Part shown: one piece after another, positions 50,186 through 60,562 of the stretch | Layout: the number at the start of each line of letters is the position of its first letter | Position numbering within the stretch: position 1 is the first letter of the stretch | Assembly: GCA_963728375.1 (NCBI GenBank) | Contig: CAVSJL010000002.1 | Coordinates: 37,322-101,321, forward strand | Length of the DNA stretch: 64,000 nucleotides | Direction of reading: 5' to 3' | Source: an uncultured Alphaproteobacteria bacterium | GTDB lineage: Bacteria > Pseudomonadota > Alphaproteobacteria > Sphingomonadales > Sphingomonadaceae | Program-made: the position numbers and the translations under genes | Notes under the pieces: generated by a model | Told to the model about the DNA's origin: nothing | Seen by the model: the letters and a program-made list of their open reading frames with translations, nothing else | Database searches by the model: none

Positions 50186-52953
50186 ACCAGCCGCGCATCC
50201 CCAACCAGCGCGAAGTCGTCGACCGGCGCGCGCTCGCCGAGCGGATCGCCGCGCTTTCCGCGGGCGAGGACGGTGATCGGGAGGCCAAGGCGCGGCCCGC
50301 GATCGTCGAGACGCTGAAGGCCGCGCTCGAGGCGGGCCGGGCCGAGCTCGACCGGCGGCTCGAGGAGAAGCCCAGCGCCGGGCACGAGATCACCGGCGGC
50401 CACGCGTTCCTGATCGACCAGCTCGTGCGCACGATCCACGACCACGTCGTCGCCGACGTCTACCCGGCGGGGAACCGATCGACTGCCGAGCGGCTGACGC
50501 TGGTTGCGGTCGGCGGCTATGGCCGGGCCGAGATGGCGCCGCATTCGGACGTCGACATCGCCTTCATCCACCCCACCCGCAACGCGCAGTGGTGCGAGCA
50601 GGTGATCGAGGCGATCCTCTACTACATGTGGGACCTGGGGCTGAAGGTCGGGCATTCGAGCCGCTCGGTCGACGAGACCATCCGGATGGCGAGGACCGAC
50701 CTCACGATACGCACCGCGATGCTCGAGGGGCGCTACGTGTGGGGCGACCAGGACCTCTACGACGAAGTCAGCCGCCGCTTTGCGGACGAGGTCGTCAAGG
50801 GGACCGAGAAGCAGTTCGTCGCCGACAAGCTCGACGAGCGCAATGCGCGGCACAGGCGGATGGGCGACAGCCGCTACGTCGTCGAGCCCAACGTCAAGGA
50901 CGGCAAGGGCGGGCTGCGCGACCTGCAGACGCTCTACTGGATCGGGAAATACATCCACAAGGTGCGCGTCGCCGCCGACCTCGTCGACGTCGGCCTGTTC
51001 ACCCAGGCCGAATACCGCAGCTTCCGCCGCGCCGAGGGCTTCATGCTCGCGGTGCGCTGCCACCTGCACACGATCACCGGACGCGCCGAGGACCGGCTGA
51101 CGTTCGACCTCCAGCGCGCGGTCGCCGCGCGGATGAACTTCGCCGACCGTCCGGGCAAGAGCGCGGTCGAGCGGTTCATGCAGTTCTATTTCCTGCAGGC
51201 GAAGCGCGTCGGATCGCTCACCGGCGTGTTCCTTGCCCACATCGACGAGCAGTTCGCGAAGACCCGCGTGCGCAAGGGGCTGCTCGCCGGGTTCACGCCG
51301 CGAGCGCGCGAACTCAAGGGCTACAAGGTTTTCGGCGGGCGCATCGCGGCCCCGGACGACGACTGGTTCCGCAAGGATCCGGTACGGCTGATCGAGGTGT
51401 TCCAGCTCGCCGAGGCGAACTCCCTGGAAATCCATCCCGAAACGATGCGCCAGGCGGCACGCGATTCGGGCCTGATCAAGCATGGAATTCGCCACGACGA
51501 TCGCGCCAACGCGCTGTTCCTCGACCTCCTCGCGGGCCGCAACGATCCCGAGACGGTGCTGCGCTGGATGAACGAGACCGGCGTGTTCGGCCGCTTCGTG
51601 CCCGACTTCGGACGGGTCAACGCGCAGATGCAGTTCGACATGTACCACCACTACACGGTCGACGAGCACACCATCCGCGCGATCGGTCTGCTCAGCCGCA
51701 TCGAGAAGGGCGAGCTCGCCGGGGATCATCCGCGCGCGACGAAGCTGATCCACGAGGTGAGCAGCCGCCGGGCGATCTACGTCGCGGTGCTGCTGCACGA
51801 CATCGCCAAGGGTCGCGGGGGCGACCACTCGGTCCTGGGCGGAGAAGTCGCCGAAGAGCTGTGTCCCCGCTTCGGCCTCGACGACGGCGAAACCGCGCTG
51901 GTCGCATGGCTGGTGCGCGCGCACCTGTTGATGAGCGCGACCGCGTTCAAGCGCGACCTCACCGATCCCAAGACGATCGAGGATTTCGCAAGCCAGGTGC
52001 AGAGCGCCGAGCGGCTCAAGAACCTGATGATCCTGACCGCGGTCGATATTCGCGCGGTCGGCCCCGGCACCTGGAACAGCTGGAAGGGCCAGCTGTTGGG
52101 CGAACTCAGCGATTCGGCGATGGAGCGCTTGCGCCTTGGCCACATGAAGCACGGCCGCAAGGAGCGGGTGAAAGCCAAGAAGGAAGCCGTCAGCGCGCTT
52201 CTAGGCGACCGCAAGGGCATCCTGCGGCTGTACGGCGACCGGTTCGACGATGCCTACTGGATCGCCGAGCCCGAGGACATCATCGCCCTCAACCTGATCC
52301 ACTACGGCGTCAGCCACGAGGAGCAGGACAAACTGTCGGTCCACTGCGAGGTCTATCCGTCGCGCGGCGCCACGCTGGTGACGGTGATCGCCGCCGACCA
52401 CCCCGGCCTGTTCTACCGCATTGCCGGCGGCATCCACCTTGCCGGCGCGAACATCATCGACGCGCGCATCCACACCACGCGGACCGGCTGGGCGGTCGAC
52501 AACTTCCTCGTCCAGGATCCGCACGGGCTGCCGTTCAAGGAAGAGGCGCAGATCAAACGCCTCGAGGCCTCGATCGGCGATGCGCTCGCCAACCGCCGCG
52601 CGCTGGTGCCCGAGCTTGCCAGGCGACCGCTGCCGCACAGCCGGGCCAAGGCGTTCGACGTCAGCCCGGTGGTCTCGTTCGACAACCAGGCATCGGGCCG
52701 GTTCACGGTGATCGAGGTGAACGCCCGCGACCGGGCGGCGCTGTTGAACCGGCTTGCCCGCGCGTTGTTCGAAAACCGGCTGGTGGTGCATTCGGCGCAC
52801 ATCACCAACTACGGCGAGCGCGCGGCCGACACGTTCTACGTGACCGATCTCACCGGCGGCAAGGTGACCGGCCCGGCCCGGCTGAAAGCGGTCGAGGAAG
52901 CCCTCCTCGCCGCCTCGAGCGACGAGCGGCAGGCCGAACTCGAAAACGCCTGA
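50182..52953 (+). CDS. glnD: [protein-PII] uridylyltransferase / uridylyl-removing enzyme
   Basis: The 3' 923 codons of ORF 48733..52953. TTG start overlapping the preceding stop (TTGA). GGYGRAEMAPHSDVDI (NTase), HD domain (LLHDIAKG), and two C-terminal ACT-like repeats. Confidence 0.9.
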   Translation: MNQPRIPNQREVVDRRALAERIAALSAGEDGDREAKARPAIVETLKAALEAGRAELDRRLEEKPSAGHEITGGHAFLIDQLVRTIHDHVVADVYPAGNRSTAERLTLVAVGGYGRAEMAPHSDVDIAFIHPTRNAQWCEQVIEAILYYMWDLGLKVGHSSRSVDETIRMARTDLTIRTAMLEGRYVWGDQDLYDEVSRRFADEVVKGTEKQFVADKLDERNARHRRMGDSRYVVEPNVKDGKGGLRDLQTLYWIGKYIHKVRVAADLVDVGLFTQAEYRSFRRAEGFMLAVRCHLHTITGRAEDRLTFDLQRAVAARMNFADRPGKSAVERFMQFYFLQAKRVGSLTGVFLAHIDEQFAKTRVRKGLLAGFTPRARELKGYKVFGGRIAAPDDDWFRKDPVRLIEVFQLAEANSLEIHPETMRQAARDSGLIKHGIRHDDRANALFLDLLAGRNDPETVLRWMNETGVFGRFVPDFGRVNAQMQFDMYHHYTVDEHTIRAIGLLSRIEKGELAGDHPRATKLIHEVSSRRAIYVAVLLHDIAKGRGGDHSVLGGEVAEELCPRFGLDDGETALVAWLVRAHLLMSATAFKRDLTDPKTIEDFASQVQSAERLKNLMILTAVDIRAVGPGTWNSWKGQLLGELSDSAMERLRLGHMKHGRKERVKAKKEAVSALLGDRKGILRLYGDRFDDAYWIAEPEDIIALNLIHYGVSHEEQDKLSVHCEVYPSRGATLVTVIAADHPGLFYRIAGGIHLAGANIIDARIHTTRTGWAVDNFLVQDPHGLPFKEEAQIKRLEASIGDALANRRALVPELARRPLPHSRAKAFDVSPVVSFDNQASGRFTVIEVNARDRAALLNRLARALFENRLVVHSAHITNYGERAADTFYVTDLTGGKVTGPARLKAVEEALLAASSDERQAELENA

Positions 52954-53286
52954 TCAGCGCGCGCTGGCGAGCTGGCCGGCCTGTGCCAAGCCGAAGATCC
53001 GGCGCCCGTCCGCGATGTCCGCCTCGGTCCGGCTTTCCGCTTCCTGCGAACTGAGCCCGCGCGCTATCTGCAAGCGCAAACCGCTGGTGCGATAGGCCGC
53101 TTCCTGGTCGAGGCAGCGGTCGTCGAGCGAAACGTCCTCAACCCTGCTCGCCGCTGCCAGACACGCATTGAAGCTGCGCGCGGCGCGCGAGAAGGCACGC
53201 TCTGCGTCGGCATCATCCTGCGCAAGTGCGGGAGCCGAAGCGGCGAGTACTGCAATCGCGAGTCCGATAAGGGCCGGGCGTTTCAT
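52954..53286 (-). CDS. small secreted hypothetical protein
   Basis: 110 aa, with a signal peptide (MKRPALIGLAIAVLAASAPALA). No recognised domain. Confidence 0.6.
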   Translation of the reverse strand: MKRPALIGLAIAVLAASAPALAQDDADAERAFSRAARSFNACLAAASRVEDVSLDDRCLDQEAAYRTSGLRLQIARGLSSQEAESRTEADIADGRRIFGLAQAGQLASAR

Positions 53287-53354
53287 GGCACACTCCTTCT
53301 CTGGAGCGGCCGATTATCGTGCCCTGACGTTAACCCTTCGACCCTTCGGTGTGC

Positions 53355-54028
53355 CTAATTTTCGGTTACGCCGCGCGCCCCGAACAGCGCGCTTCCCACC
53401 CGCACGTGCGTCGCACCGAGCATGACCGCGGTTTCGAAATCGCCGCTCATGCCCATGCTCAGCTGGTCGAGGCCGTTGTCGCGGGCGAGCTTGTCGAGCA
53501 GCGCGAAGAACGGCGCGGGCTCGATATCGGCGGGGGGCACGCACATCAGGCCGATCACCGGGACATCCGCGTCGCGCGAGAGTTCGAGCAGTTCGGGCAG
53601 GTCGGCGACCCCGCAGCCGCCCTTCTGCGGTTCCTCGCCGACATCGACCTGGACGAAGCACGGCACCCGCCTGCCCGGTCTTGTCGAACGCCTTGGCGAG
53701 CGCCTTCACGAGGCTCGGCCGGTCGAGCGAATGGATGCAGTCGAACAATTCGGCCGCGTCCTGCGCCTTGTTCGACTGCAGGCTGCCGACCAGATGGAGC
53801 GCCACGTCGGGATAGCGCTCGCGCAGCGACGGCCATTTGGCCTGCGCTTCCTGCACCCGGTTCTCGCCGAACACGCGGTGACCGGCCGCCAGCAATGGCT
53901 CGATCGCCTCGGCCGGGTGAAGTCTTGCTGATCGCGACGAGGGTCACCTCGTCGGGTTCGCGCCGGGCGATCCGGCAGGCGCGGGCAACACGGTCGTGGA
54001 TTTCGCCAAGGGCTAACGCTGCATTCAT
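53355..54028 (-). pseudogene. YggS-family pyridoxal-phosphate homeostasis protein; two apparent frameshifts (~53920, ~53670)
   Basis: Three ORFs are involved: MNAALALGEIHDRVARACRIARREPDEVTLVAISKT / HPAEAIEPLLAAGHRVFGENRVQEA...HLVGSLQSNK...AFDKTGQ / RVPCFVQVDVGEEPQKGG...LSMGMSGDFETAV. Confidence 0.75.
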
Positions 54029-54053
54029 CACGGCTCTGCGCTATAGCGATGGT

Positions 54054-54602
54054 ATGGCCGACCGCCAGTCCCTGCCCGATCTCTGGCTCCTTTCGGATGC
54101 CCGCAACGACGAATTGCTGCCACGTGCGCTACGCGCATTGCCGCGTGGATCGGCATTCGTGTTTCGCCACTACCACCTCGACCCCCGCGCGCGCCGGGCC
54201 CGCTGGGACGAGCTTTTGCCGCTGGTGATCGAGGGCGGCCACCTGGCCGTGCTCTCCGGTAGCGACGACGAGGCGGTCGCCTGGGGCGCCGCCGGTTCCT
54301 ATGGCCCGCCCGAAGCGATCGGCGAGGCGCCCGAACTCCTGCGCATCGCCGCGGTGCACGACGGGCACGAGATCGCCCATGCCAACGCCGCCGGGGCCGA
54401 CGCGGCGATGCTGTCACCGGTGTTCGAGACCCGCACGCATCCGGGTGCCGTCACGCTCGGTACCGAGAAGTTCCACGCGCTTGCCGCGCTCGCCGAAATG
54501 CCGGTGATCGCGCTCGGAGGCATGACTTTCGAACGGGCGAAGGAGCTGGGTTGGGGCCGCTGGGCGGCGATCGACGGCCTCGCGCTCAAGCAGGATTCGT
54601 GA
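54054..54602 (+). CDS. thiamine-phosphate synthase-like (ThiE family) protein
   Basis: Inner ATG of ORF 53349..54602. Sequence: MADRQSLPDLWLLSD...MLSPVFETRTHPG...VIALGGM. Confidence 0.7.
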   Translation: MADRQSLPDLWLLSDARNDELLPRALRALPRGSAFVFRHYHLDPRARRARWDELLPLVIEGGHLAVLSGSDDEAVAWGAAGSYGPPEAIGEAPELLRIAAVHDGHEIAHANAAGADAAMLSPVFETRTHPGAVTLGTEKFHALAALAEMPVIALGGMTFERAKELGWGRWAAIDGLALKQDS

Positions 54603-54688
54603 CGGCGGACGTTTCCGCGCCAAGGATTCTTGACGGGCGAGTCCCCCACCTGCGATAACGCTGCCCGGACGTATCAGGGGTAGCAGCA

Positions 54689-57049
54689 ATGGCAACACGC
54701 GCGATGAGCCGCACAGGCGGCAGGGCGCCAGCGACCGACTGGCGCGCCGCGTTCCGCCGGTCGCTGCGCCGCGCCGGGCAGATCGCGGGCGCGGCGACGC
54801 TCTTCGCCGCCATGCTGTTCCTCGGCCTGGCCCTCGCCAGCTACACCCAGACCGACCCGAGCGCATCGACCGCCGCCGCGGGCGACGACGTGCGCAACTG
54901 GATGGGCGCCACCGGCGCCTGGGTCGCGGAACGGGTGTTTTTCCTGTTCGGCGTAACCGGCGTCCTGCTGCTGCCCATGCTTTATATCGCCGCGCGCAAG
55001 CTGTGGCGCGACGTCGAGGAAGAGGACCGCGAGGAAAGCACCCGCTGGTGGCGACCGCTCGGGCTCCTGCTGCTGTCGATGGCCCTGCTGGGCACCGTGC
55101 TCGCGCTGGCCTTCGACCGTCCCGGCGGCACGCTGCCGGCGTCGACGGGCGGCATCGCCGGCTTGCTGGGTGCAGGGGCCATCCAGGCGGTCGGCGACAG
55201 GCTGGGCGAAGGCACGAGCGGCTGGGTCATCCTCGTCCTTGCGCTCGTGGCGCTTGCGGGCGGCGTGGTGGGCGTCACCAGGGTGTTCGCGATCGACTGG
55301 GTCCAGCTGCTTACCCTTCCCCGCTTCCTCAAGCGCGCATCGAGCCTGCCGCCGCAGATCGCCGACCTCGATATTCCGTTCGTGCCCAAGTCCCGCGCGA
55401 AGCGCGAGCGTGCGGACGAGGACGCGGAGCCGCCGCAGATCGCCGAGCGCCGCGCGCCGGAGATCGCCGATCCCGCCGCCGCGCCGCGCGCCGCCAGGCC
55501 CGCCGGCAAGAAGGCGCAGAAGGACCTTTTCGCCAACTACCAGCTTCCCAGCCTCGACCTGCTCGAAGAGCCGCCGGTCCACGCCGCGCCCAAGCTCGAC
55601 AAGCTCGCGCTCGAGCGCAACGCGCGCCTGCTCGAAACCGTGCTCGACGACTTCAACGTGAAGGGCGAGATCACCGCCGTGCGCACCGGCCCGGTGGTGA
55701 CGATGTACGAGCTGGAGCCCGCTCCCGGCATCAAGGCGAGCCGGGTGATCGGCCTTGCCGAAGACATCGCCCGCAACATGAGCGCGATCAGCGCGCGCGT
55801 ATCCTCGATCCCCGGCAAGACCGTGATGGGCATCGAATTGCCCAACACCGATCGCCAGATGGTCGCGCTGAAGGAACTCGCCGCGTGCGATGCCTTCGTG
55901 AACGCCAGGGGCAGCCTGCCGATCATTCTCGGCAAGGACATCGCGGGCGAGCCGATCGTCGCGGACCTTGCCGCGATGCCTCACCTGCTCGTCGCGGGTA
56001 CCACCGGCTCGGGCAAGTCGGTCGGCCTCAACTGCATCCTGCTCTCGCTGCTCTACAAGTTCACGCCCGACGAGTGCCGGTTGATCCTGATCGATCCCAA
56101 GGTGCTCGAGCTGAAGAGCTACGACGACATCCCGCACCTGCTGTCGCCGGTCGTCACCGAGCCGTCGAAGTCGGTCCGCGCGCTCAAGTGGGCGGTCGAG
56201 GAAATGGAGCGCCGCTATCGCCAGATGTCGAGCATCGGGGCGCGCAACATCGCCGGCTTCAACGACCGCGTACGCACCGCCGCCGCCAAGGGCAAGCCGC
56301 TGGGCCGCCGGGTGCAGACCGGGTTCGATCCCGATACGGGCGAGGAGATCTTCGAGGAGGAGCAGCTCGATTACGCACCGCTGCCGCAGATCGTGCTCAT
56401 CGTCGACGAGCTCGCCGACCTCATGGTCACCGTCGGCAAGGAGATCGAGGTGCTGATCCAGCGCCTGTCGCAGAAGAGCCGCGCGGCGGGCATCCACCTG
56501 ATCATGGCGACCCAGCGCCCCTCGGTCGACGTCATCACCGGCGTGATCAAGGCGAACCTGCCGACCCGCATCAGCTTCAACGTGACGAGCCGCATCGACA
56601 GCCGCACGATCCTGGGCGAACAGGGCGCCGAGCAGCTGCTCGGCAAGGGCGACATGCTCTACAAGCCGAGCACGGGCGCGCTGGTGCGCGTCCACGGACC
56701 GTTCGTTTCCGACGAAGAAGTCGAGGCGGTCGCCGAGCACTGGCGCGGCCAGGGCAAGCCCGACTACGTCGACGCGGTGACCGAGGAGCCCGAGGATGGT
56801 TTCGGCTTCAGTTTCGACGACGAGTTGACCGCGAGCGACAATCCCGACGAGCGCAAGTACCGCCAGGCCTGCCAGATCGTGTTCGAGCACCAGAAGGCGA
56901 GCGGATCGTGGCTCCAGCGCCAGATGGGCGTCGGTTACAATACCGCGGCAAAGTGGATCGAGCGGATGGAGGAAGACGGCCTCGTCGGCCCCGCGAACCA
57001 CGTGGGCCGGCGCGATATCTACCGCGACAAGGACGGCAATCCGCTCTGA
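54689..57049 (+). CDS. ftsK: DNA translocase FtsK
   Basis: 786 aa. N-terminal TM segments, a Pro/Ala-rich linker, Walker A AGTTGSGKSV, Walker B LIVDELADLM, and a C-terminal gamma (winged-helix) domain. Confidence 0.95.
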   Translation: MATRAMSRTGGRAPATDWRAAFRRSLRRAGQIAGAATLFAAMLFLGLALASYTQTDPSASTAAAGDDVRNWMGATGAWVAERVFFLFGVTGVLLLPMLYIAARKLWRDVEEEDREESTRWWRPLGLLLLSMALLGTVLALAFDRPGGTLPASTGGIAGLLGAGAIQAVGDRLGEGTSGWVILVLALVALAGGVVGVTRVFAIDWVQLLTLPRFLKRASSLPPQIADLDIPFVPKSRAKRERADEDAEPPQIAERRAPEIADPAAAPRAARPAGKKAQKDLFANYQLPSLDLLEEPPVHAAPKLDKLALERNARLLETVLDDFNVKGEITAVRTGPVVTMYELEPAPGIKASRVIGLAEDIARNMSAISARVSSIPGKTVMGIELPNTDRQMVALKELAACDAFVNARGSLPIILGKDIAGEPIVADLAAMPHLLVAGTTGSGKSVGLNCILLSLLYKFTPDECRLILIDPKVLELKSYDDIPHLLSPVVTEPSKSVRALKWAVEEMERRYRQMSSIGARNIAGFNDRVRTAAAKGKPLGRRVQTGFDPDTGEEIFEEEQLDYAPLPQIVLIVDELADLMVTVGKEIEVLIQRLSQKSRAAGIHLIMATQRPSVDVITGVIKANLPTRISFNVTSRIDSRTILGEQGAEQLLGKGDMLYKPSTGALVRVHGPFVSDEEVEAVAEHWRGQGKPDYVDAVTEEPEDGFGFSFDDELTASDNPDERKYRQACQIVFEHQKASGSWLQRQMGVGYNTAAKWIERMEEDGLVGPANHVGRRDIYRDKDGNPL

Positions 57050-57199
57050 GGGCGCAACCGGGTGTGGTATCTTCGACGCAGGCATTGTTACGCAGTTGCA
57101 ACAATTTCCGATAATCTCGTTCGAAATCGAAACGTAATGTTGCGCTCAGGCGGTGGAGTCCCGTAACTTTCCAACGTTCAATCGGGAGGTTACGTTTCC

Positions 57200-59815
57200 A
57201 TGCGCCGTACAACACTCATGATCGGGTCGGCCCTTGCGGGTCTCACCGTTGCCTCGGTTTCGCCTGCGCTCGCGCAGGAAGTGCCCGGCGAGACGACCGC
57301 ATCGCAGCAGGGCGAGGCCATCCCGCAGAACCAGATCATCGTGACCGGCACCCGCCGTCTGGACCGGACCGTCGCCGACAGCTCGGTTCCGATCGACGTG
57401 ATCTCGAACGACGCGCTCGAGCACCAGGGCACGACCGAGACGAACCGGCTGCTCAACAACCTCGTGCCCTCGTTCAACTTCCCGCAGCCGTCGCTGACCG
57501 ACGGCACCGACTCGCTGCGCCCGGCGACGCTGCGCGGCCTTGCGCCCGACCAGGTGCTCGTGCTCGTCAACGGCAAGCGCCGCCACCTCTCCTCGCTGCT
57601 CAACCTCAACGGCTCGATCGGACGCGGGTCGGCCGCGGTCGACATGAACACGATCCCGCCGCTCGCCATCGACCGTATCGAGGTCCTGCGCGACGGCGCC
57701 GCCTCGCAATACGGCTCGGACGCGATCGCGGGCGTGATCAACATCCAGCTGAAGCGTCGGCCGGGCGGCCGCGCGGTTGCCACCTACGGCAAGTACATCA
57801 CCACGATGGAAGGCGTGAACGAGGTCGCCAGCGTGACCACCAACGGCACCAGCGACCCGACCATTACGTATGGCGATGAGCGCAAGCGCCGTGACGGGGA
57901 AACCTACACCTTCGGCGCGAACGTGGGCGTTCCGGTCGGTGACGGCTATTTCAACGTCACCGCGGAATACAAGGACCGCTCGCCGACCAACCGCTCCGGC
58001 GCCGACCCGCGACGCCAGTACTCGGCCGCGAACGATCCGCGCGAAGCGACCTTCGACCGCTTCAACCACCGCTTCGGGGACGGCCGGTCGCAGGATTACA
58101 ACTTCGTCATCAACGCGGGCGCACCGCTGTTCGATACCGGATTCGAGTTCTACGAGTTCGGCACGTACGGCATCCGCGACGGCAACGGCGCGGGCTTCTA
58201 CCGCCGCTCACTCGACTCGCGTAACGCAGACTGGTCGAACGGCGGCCAGCCGATCTATCCGGACGGCTTCCTGCCGCTGATCGTCAGCGAGATCGAGGAT
58301 ATCGCCGGCGTCATCGGCATCCGCGGTGAAGCGGCGGGCTGGAACCTCGACCTGTCGGCCAACTACGGCAGCAACCGGCTGAACTACCACGTCGAGAACA
58401 GCGTCAACACTTCGCTTGGCGGCGCTGTCAGCCCGCGGCGGTTCTATGCCGGCGGCATGCGTTCAGGGCAGACTTCCATCAACTTCGACGCACAGCGCCC
58501 GATCGATTTCGGGTTCGGCGACACCTCGCTCGCGGCCGGCCTCGAATGGCGTAACGAGAATTACAAGATCGTGCGCGGCCAACGGGAGAGCTATATCGCG
58601 GGACCCTACACCTTCAGCAACGGCGCCGCGCCGGGCGCGCAGGTGTTCCCCGGTTTCGCGCCGAGCACCGAGGTCGACGCCTCGCGCGACAGCTATGCCG
58701 CGTACGTGGAACTCGACAGCGACCTGTCGGACATGGTCAACGTCCAGGCAGCTGGCCGCTACGAGCACTTCTCGGACTTCGGCAGCACGATCAACGGCAA
58801 GCTCGCCGGACGGATCGAGCCGGTCGACGGACTGGCGGTGCGCGGGTCGATCTCGACCGGCTTCCGTGCGCCGGGCATGGCCCAGCAGTACTTCTCCACC
58901 ACATCGACCAACAACGTCGGCGGTCAGTTGATCGAGATAGGCACCTTCCCGGTCTCTTCGCCGATCGCCATCGCGCTCGGCTCTCAGCCGCTTGAGCCCG
59001 AGGAGTCGGTGAACCTCGGCGGCGGTATCGTCTTCACGATGGTCCCGGGCCTCAGCATCACGGCCGACTACTACAACATCAAGATCGACAACCGCATCGT
59101 GCTGACAGAGAACCTGCAGGGCGCCGATGTCGTGGCAATCTTGCAGTCGGCAGGCGTGGTCGGCACTTCGGGCCGGTTCTTCATCAACGGCGTCGATACT
59201 CGTACGCAAGGTCTCGATGTCGTGGCGAATTACCAGGTACCCGATTTCGGGGCCGGCCGCTTCCGCCTGAGCGCGGGCTTCAACATCAACGACACCAAGA
59301 TCACCGATCGCCGGGAATTCAGCGGCTTCACCGCAAACCGCCTGTTCGCGCGGCAGGAGAGCCTGCGTCTGACCGATGGCCAGCCGAGCAACAAGCTCAA
59401 CGTTTCGCTCGGATGGGACCTGGACGCGTTCGGTTTCACGCTGAATGCAAACCGCTTCGGCAAGGTCCTGCTTCCCGACAGCGTGACCACGGCCACCCTC
59501 AACGGTTTGCCGTCGTCCGATGCCAACCCGCAGATCCGCAACGACATCAGCGTGGCGCCCGGTGACGCTCCGGGCGACGTTTACCTGAGCCCCAAGTGGG
59601 TCGTCGACCTCGAGGCGCGCTTCAGGCCGATTCCGGCTCTGGAACTCGCGGTCGGTGCGAACAATCTGCTCGACGAATATCCCGACCGTCTGCTGGTCGG
59701 CGTGGTCGACGGTGTGAACTACGGGACGAACACCGCCTTCCTGCCGTATTCGTCGCAGTCGCCGTTCGGCTTCAGCGGCCGGTTCGTTTACGGGCGGGTG
59801 GCGATCGACTTCTGA
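57200..59815 (+). CDS. TonB-dependent outer-membrane receptor
   Basis: 871 aa. Signal peptide, plug (IIVTGTRR...IDRIEVLRDGAASQYGSDAIAGVINI), and a beta-barrel ending ...GRVAIDF. Confidence 0.92.
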   Translation: MRRTTLMIGSALAGLTVASVSPALAQEVPGETTASQQGEAIPQNQIIVTGTRRLDRTVADSSVPIDVISNDALEHQGTTETNRLLNNLVPSFNFPQPSLTDGTDSLRPATLRGLAPDQVLVLVNGKRRHLSSLLNLNGSIGRGSAAVDMNTIPPLAIDRIEVLRDGAASQYGSDAIAGVINIQLKRRPGGRAVATYGKYITTMEGVNEVASVTTNGTSDPTITYGDERKRRDGETYTFGANVGVPVGDGYFNVTAEYKDRSPTNRSGADPRRQYSAANDPREATFDRFNHRFGDGRSQDYNFVINAGAPLFDTGFEFYEFGTYGIRDGNGAGFYRRSLDSRNADWSNGGQPIYPDGFLPLIVSEIEDIAGVIGIRGEAAGWNLDLSANYGSNRLNYHVENSVNTSLGGAVSPRRFYAGGMRSGQTSINFDAQRPIDFGFGDTSLAAGLEWRNENYKIVRGQRESYIAGPYTFSNGAAPGAQVFPGFAPSTEVDASRDSYAAYVELDSDLSDMVNVQAAGRYEHFSDFGSTINGKLAGRIEPVDGLAVRGSISTGFRAPGMAQQYFSTTSTNNVGGQLIEIGTFPVSSPIAIALGSQPLEPEESVNLGGGIVFTMVPGLSITADYYNIKIDNRIVLTENLQGADVVAILQSAGVVGTSGRFFINGVDTRTQGLDVVANYQVPDFGAGRFRLSAGFNINDTKITDRREFSGFTANRLFARQESLRLTDGQPSNKLNVSLGWDLDAFGFTLNANRFGKVLLPDSVTTATLNGLPSSDANPQIRNDISVAPGDAPGDVYLSPKWVVDLEARFRPIPALELAVGANNLLDEYPDRLLVGVVDGVNYGTNTAFLPYSSQSPFGFSGRFVYGRVAIDF

Positions 59816-60528
59816 TCGCTTCGCGCACTGCGCACACAAGAAAAAGCCCCGCCGGTTCGCGCCGGCGGGGCTTTTCGTATCAGCCTTCGGATTGATCCGT
59901 CTACCGGCCAGCGCTGGCGATCGATGCGGACCTGGTCGCTGCCCTTCCAGTACCAGCCGGCGCCGTGCGCGCGTCCGACCAGCTTCATCGCCGGCGCGTC
60001 GATCCGCAGTTTGCCGTCCTCCTCGCCCACGAAGCGATCGGCGATGTGCGTCGCGACCACCTCGCCGAGTACGATCCCGCCGTCAGGATGGGTTTCGATC
60101 TGCTGCCAGAGCCGGCATTCGAACGCGACCGGCGCATCGGCGATCAAGGGCGGCGTGACGAACGAGGATGGCCGCGTCGCGACCCCGGCGGCGGCCAGTT
60201 CGCTCGCGCCGCGCGGGGCGTCGGCGGCGGTCTTCACCATCGCCTCGGCCTGCTCCTCGCTCACCAGCGCGACCGTGAACTCACCGGTCTCGAGAATGTT
60301 GCGCCACGAATCCTTGCTCGCCTCGCCGGCGCGCACTTCGTCCGCCCCGATGCCGATCGCGACCAGCGGGGGCGTTCCCCCCATCGCGTTGAAGAACGAA
60401 TAGGGCGCCGCGTTGACCGTACCGTCCGTGCCCATGCTGACCACCCAGGCGATCGGTCGCGGGTGGACGGTGTTGACCATCAGCTTGTAGCGGGTCGCCG
60501 GGTCGAGCTCTGCCATCGTGAATTGCAT
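59788..60528 (-). CDS. flavin reductase-like (FMN-binding split-barrel) protein; the 3' end is doubtful
   Basis: ORF of 246 aa: MQFTMAELDPATRYKLMVNTVHPRPIAWVVSM...APYSFFNA. The last ~40 codons read through the terminator hairpin and into the TBDR 3' end. A TAG in another frame at 59901-59903 would give a typical length of about 209 aa. Confidence 0.75.
   Translation of the reverse strand: MQFTMAELDPATRYKLMVNTVHPRPIAWVVSMGTDGTVNAAPYSFFNAMGGTPPLVAIGIGADEVRAGEASKDSWRNILETGEFTVALVSEEQAEAMVKTAADAPRGASELAAAGVATRPSSFVTPPLIADAPVAFECRLWQQIETHPDGGIVLGEVVATHIADRFVGEEDGKLRIDAPAMKLVGRAHGAGWYWKGSDQVRIDRQRWPVDGSIRRLIRKAPPARTGGAFSCVRSARSDQKSIATRP
59845..59872. terminator. bidirectional rho-independent terminator
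   Basis: AAAA-AGCCCCGCCGG-TTCGCG-CCGGCGGGGCT-TTT: an 11-bp stem with a flanking A-tract and T-tract, 30 nt after the TBDR stop. Confidence 0.8.
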
Positions 60529-60562
60529 GGGCGCGAGATGGGTCGCCGCGCGTCAAAGAAAA

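Noticed and set aside
48733-52953. A 1406-aa ORF suggesting an acyl-CoA ligase-GlnD fusion protein
   Set aside because: The junction (49975-50185) is out-of-frame filler. The ligase C-terminus (AVYLVKEGHSV...KIDKRALR) is present in another frame and ends at 50185, so the fusion is created by an indel.
49987-53054. A 721-aa antisense ORF and an 821-aa alternative-frame ORF across glnD
   Set aside because: They are shadow frames. Only the 50182..52953 frame contains the NTase, HD and ACT signatures.
54674-57114. An 803-aa minus-strand ORF and a 703-aa alternative plus-frame ORF across ftsK
   Set aside because: Both have Arg/Pro/Gly-rich nonsense composition, whereas the 54689..57049 frame carries the FtsK Walker motifs.
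57110-57128. A Fur box upstream of the TonB-dependent receptor (GATAATCTCGTTCGAAATC)
   Set aside because: Only about 11 of 19 positions match the classic Fur box. It has no dyad symmetry and does not resemble the palindrome at 1213-1229.
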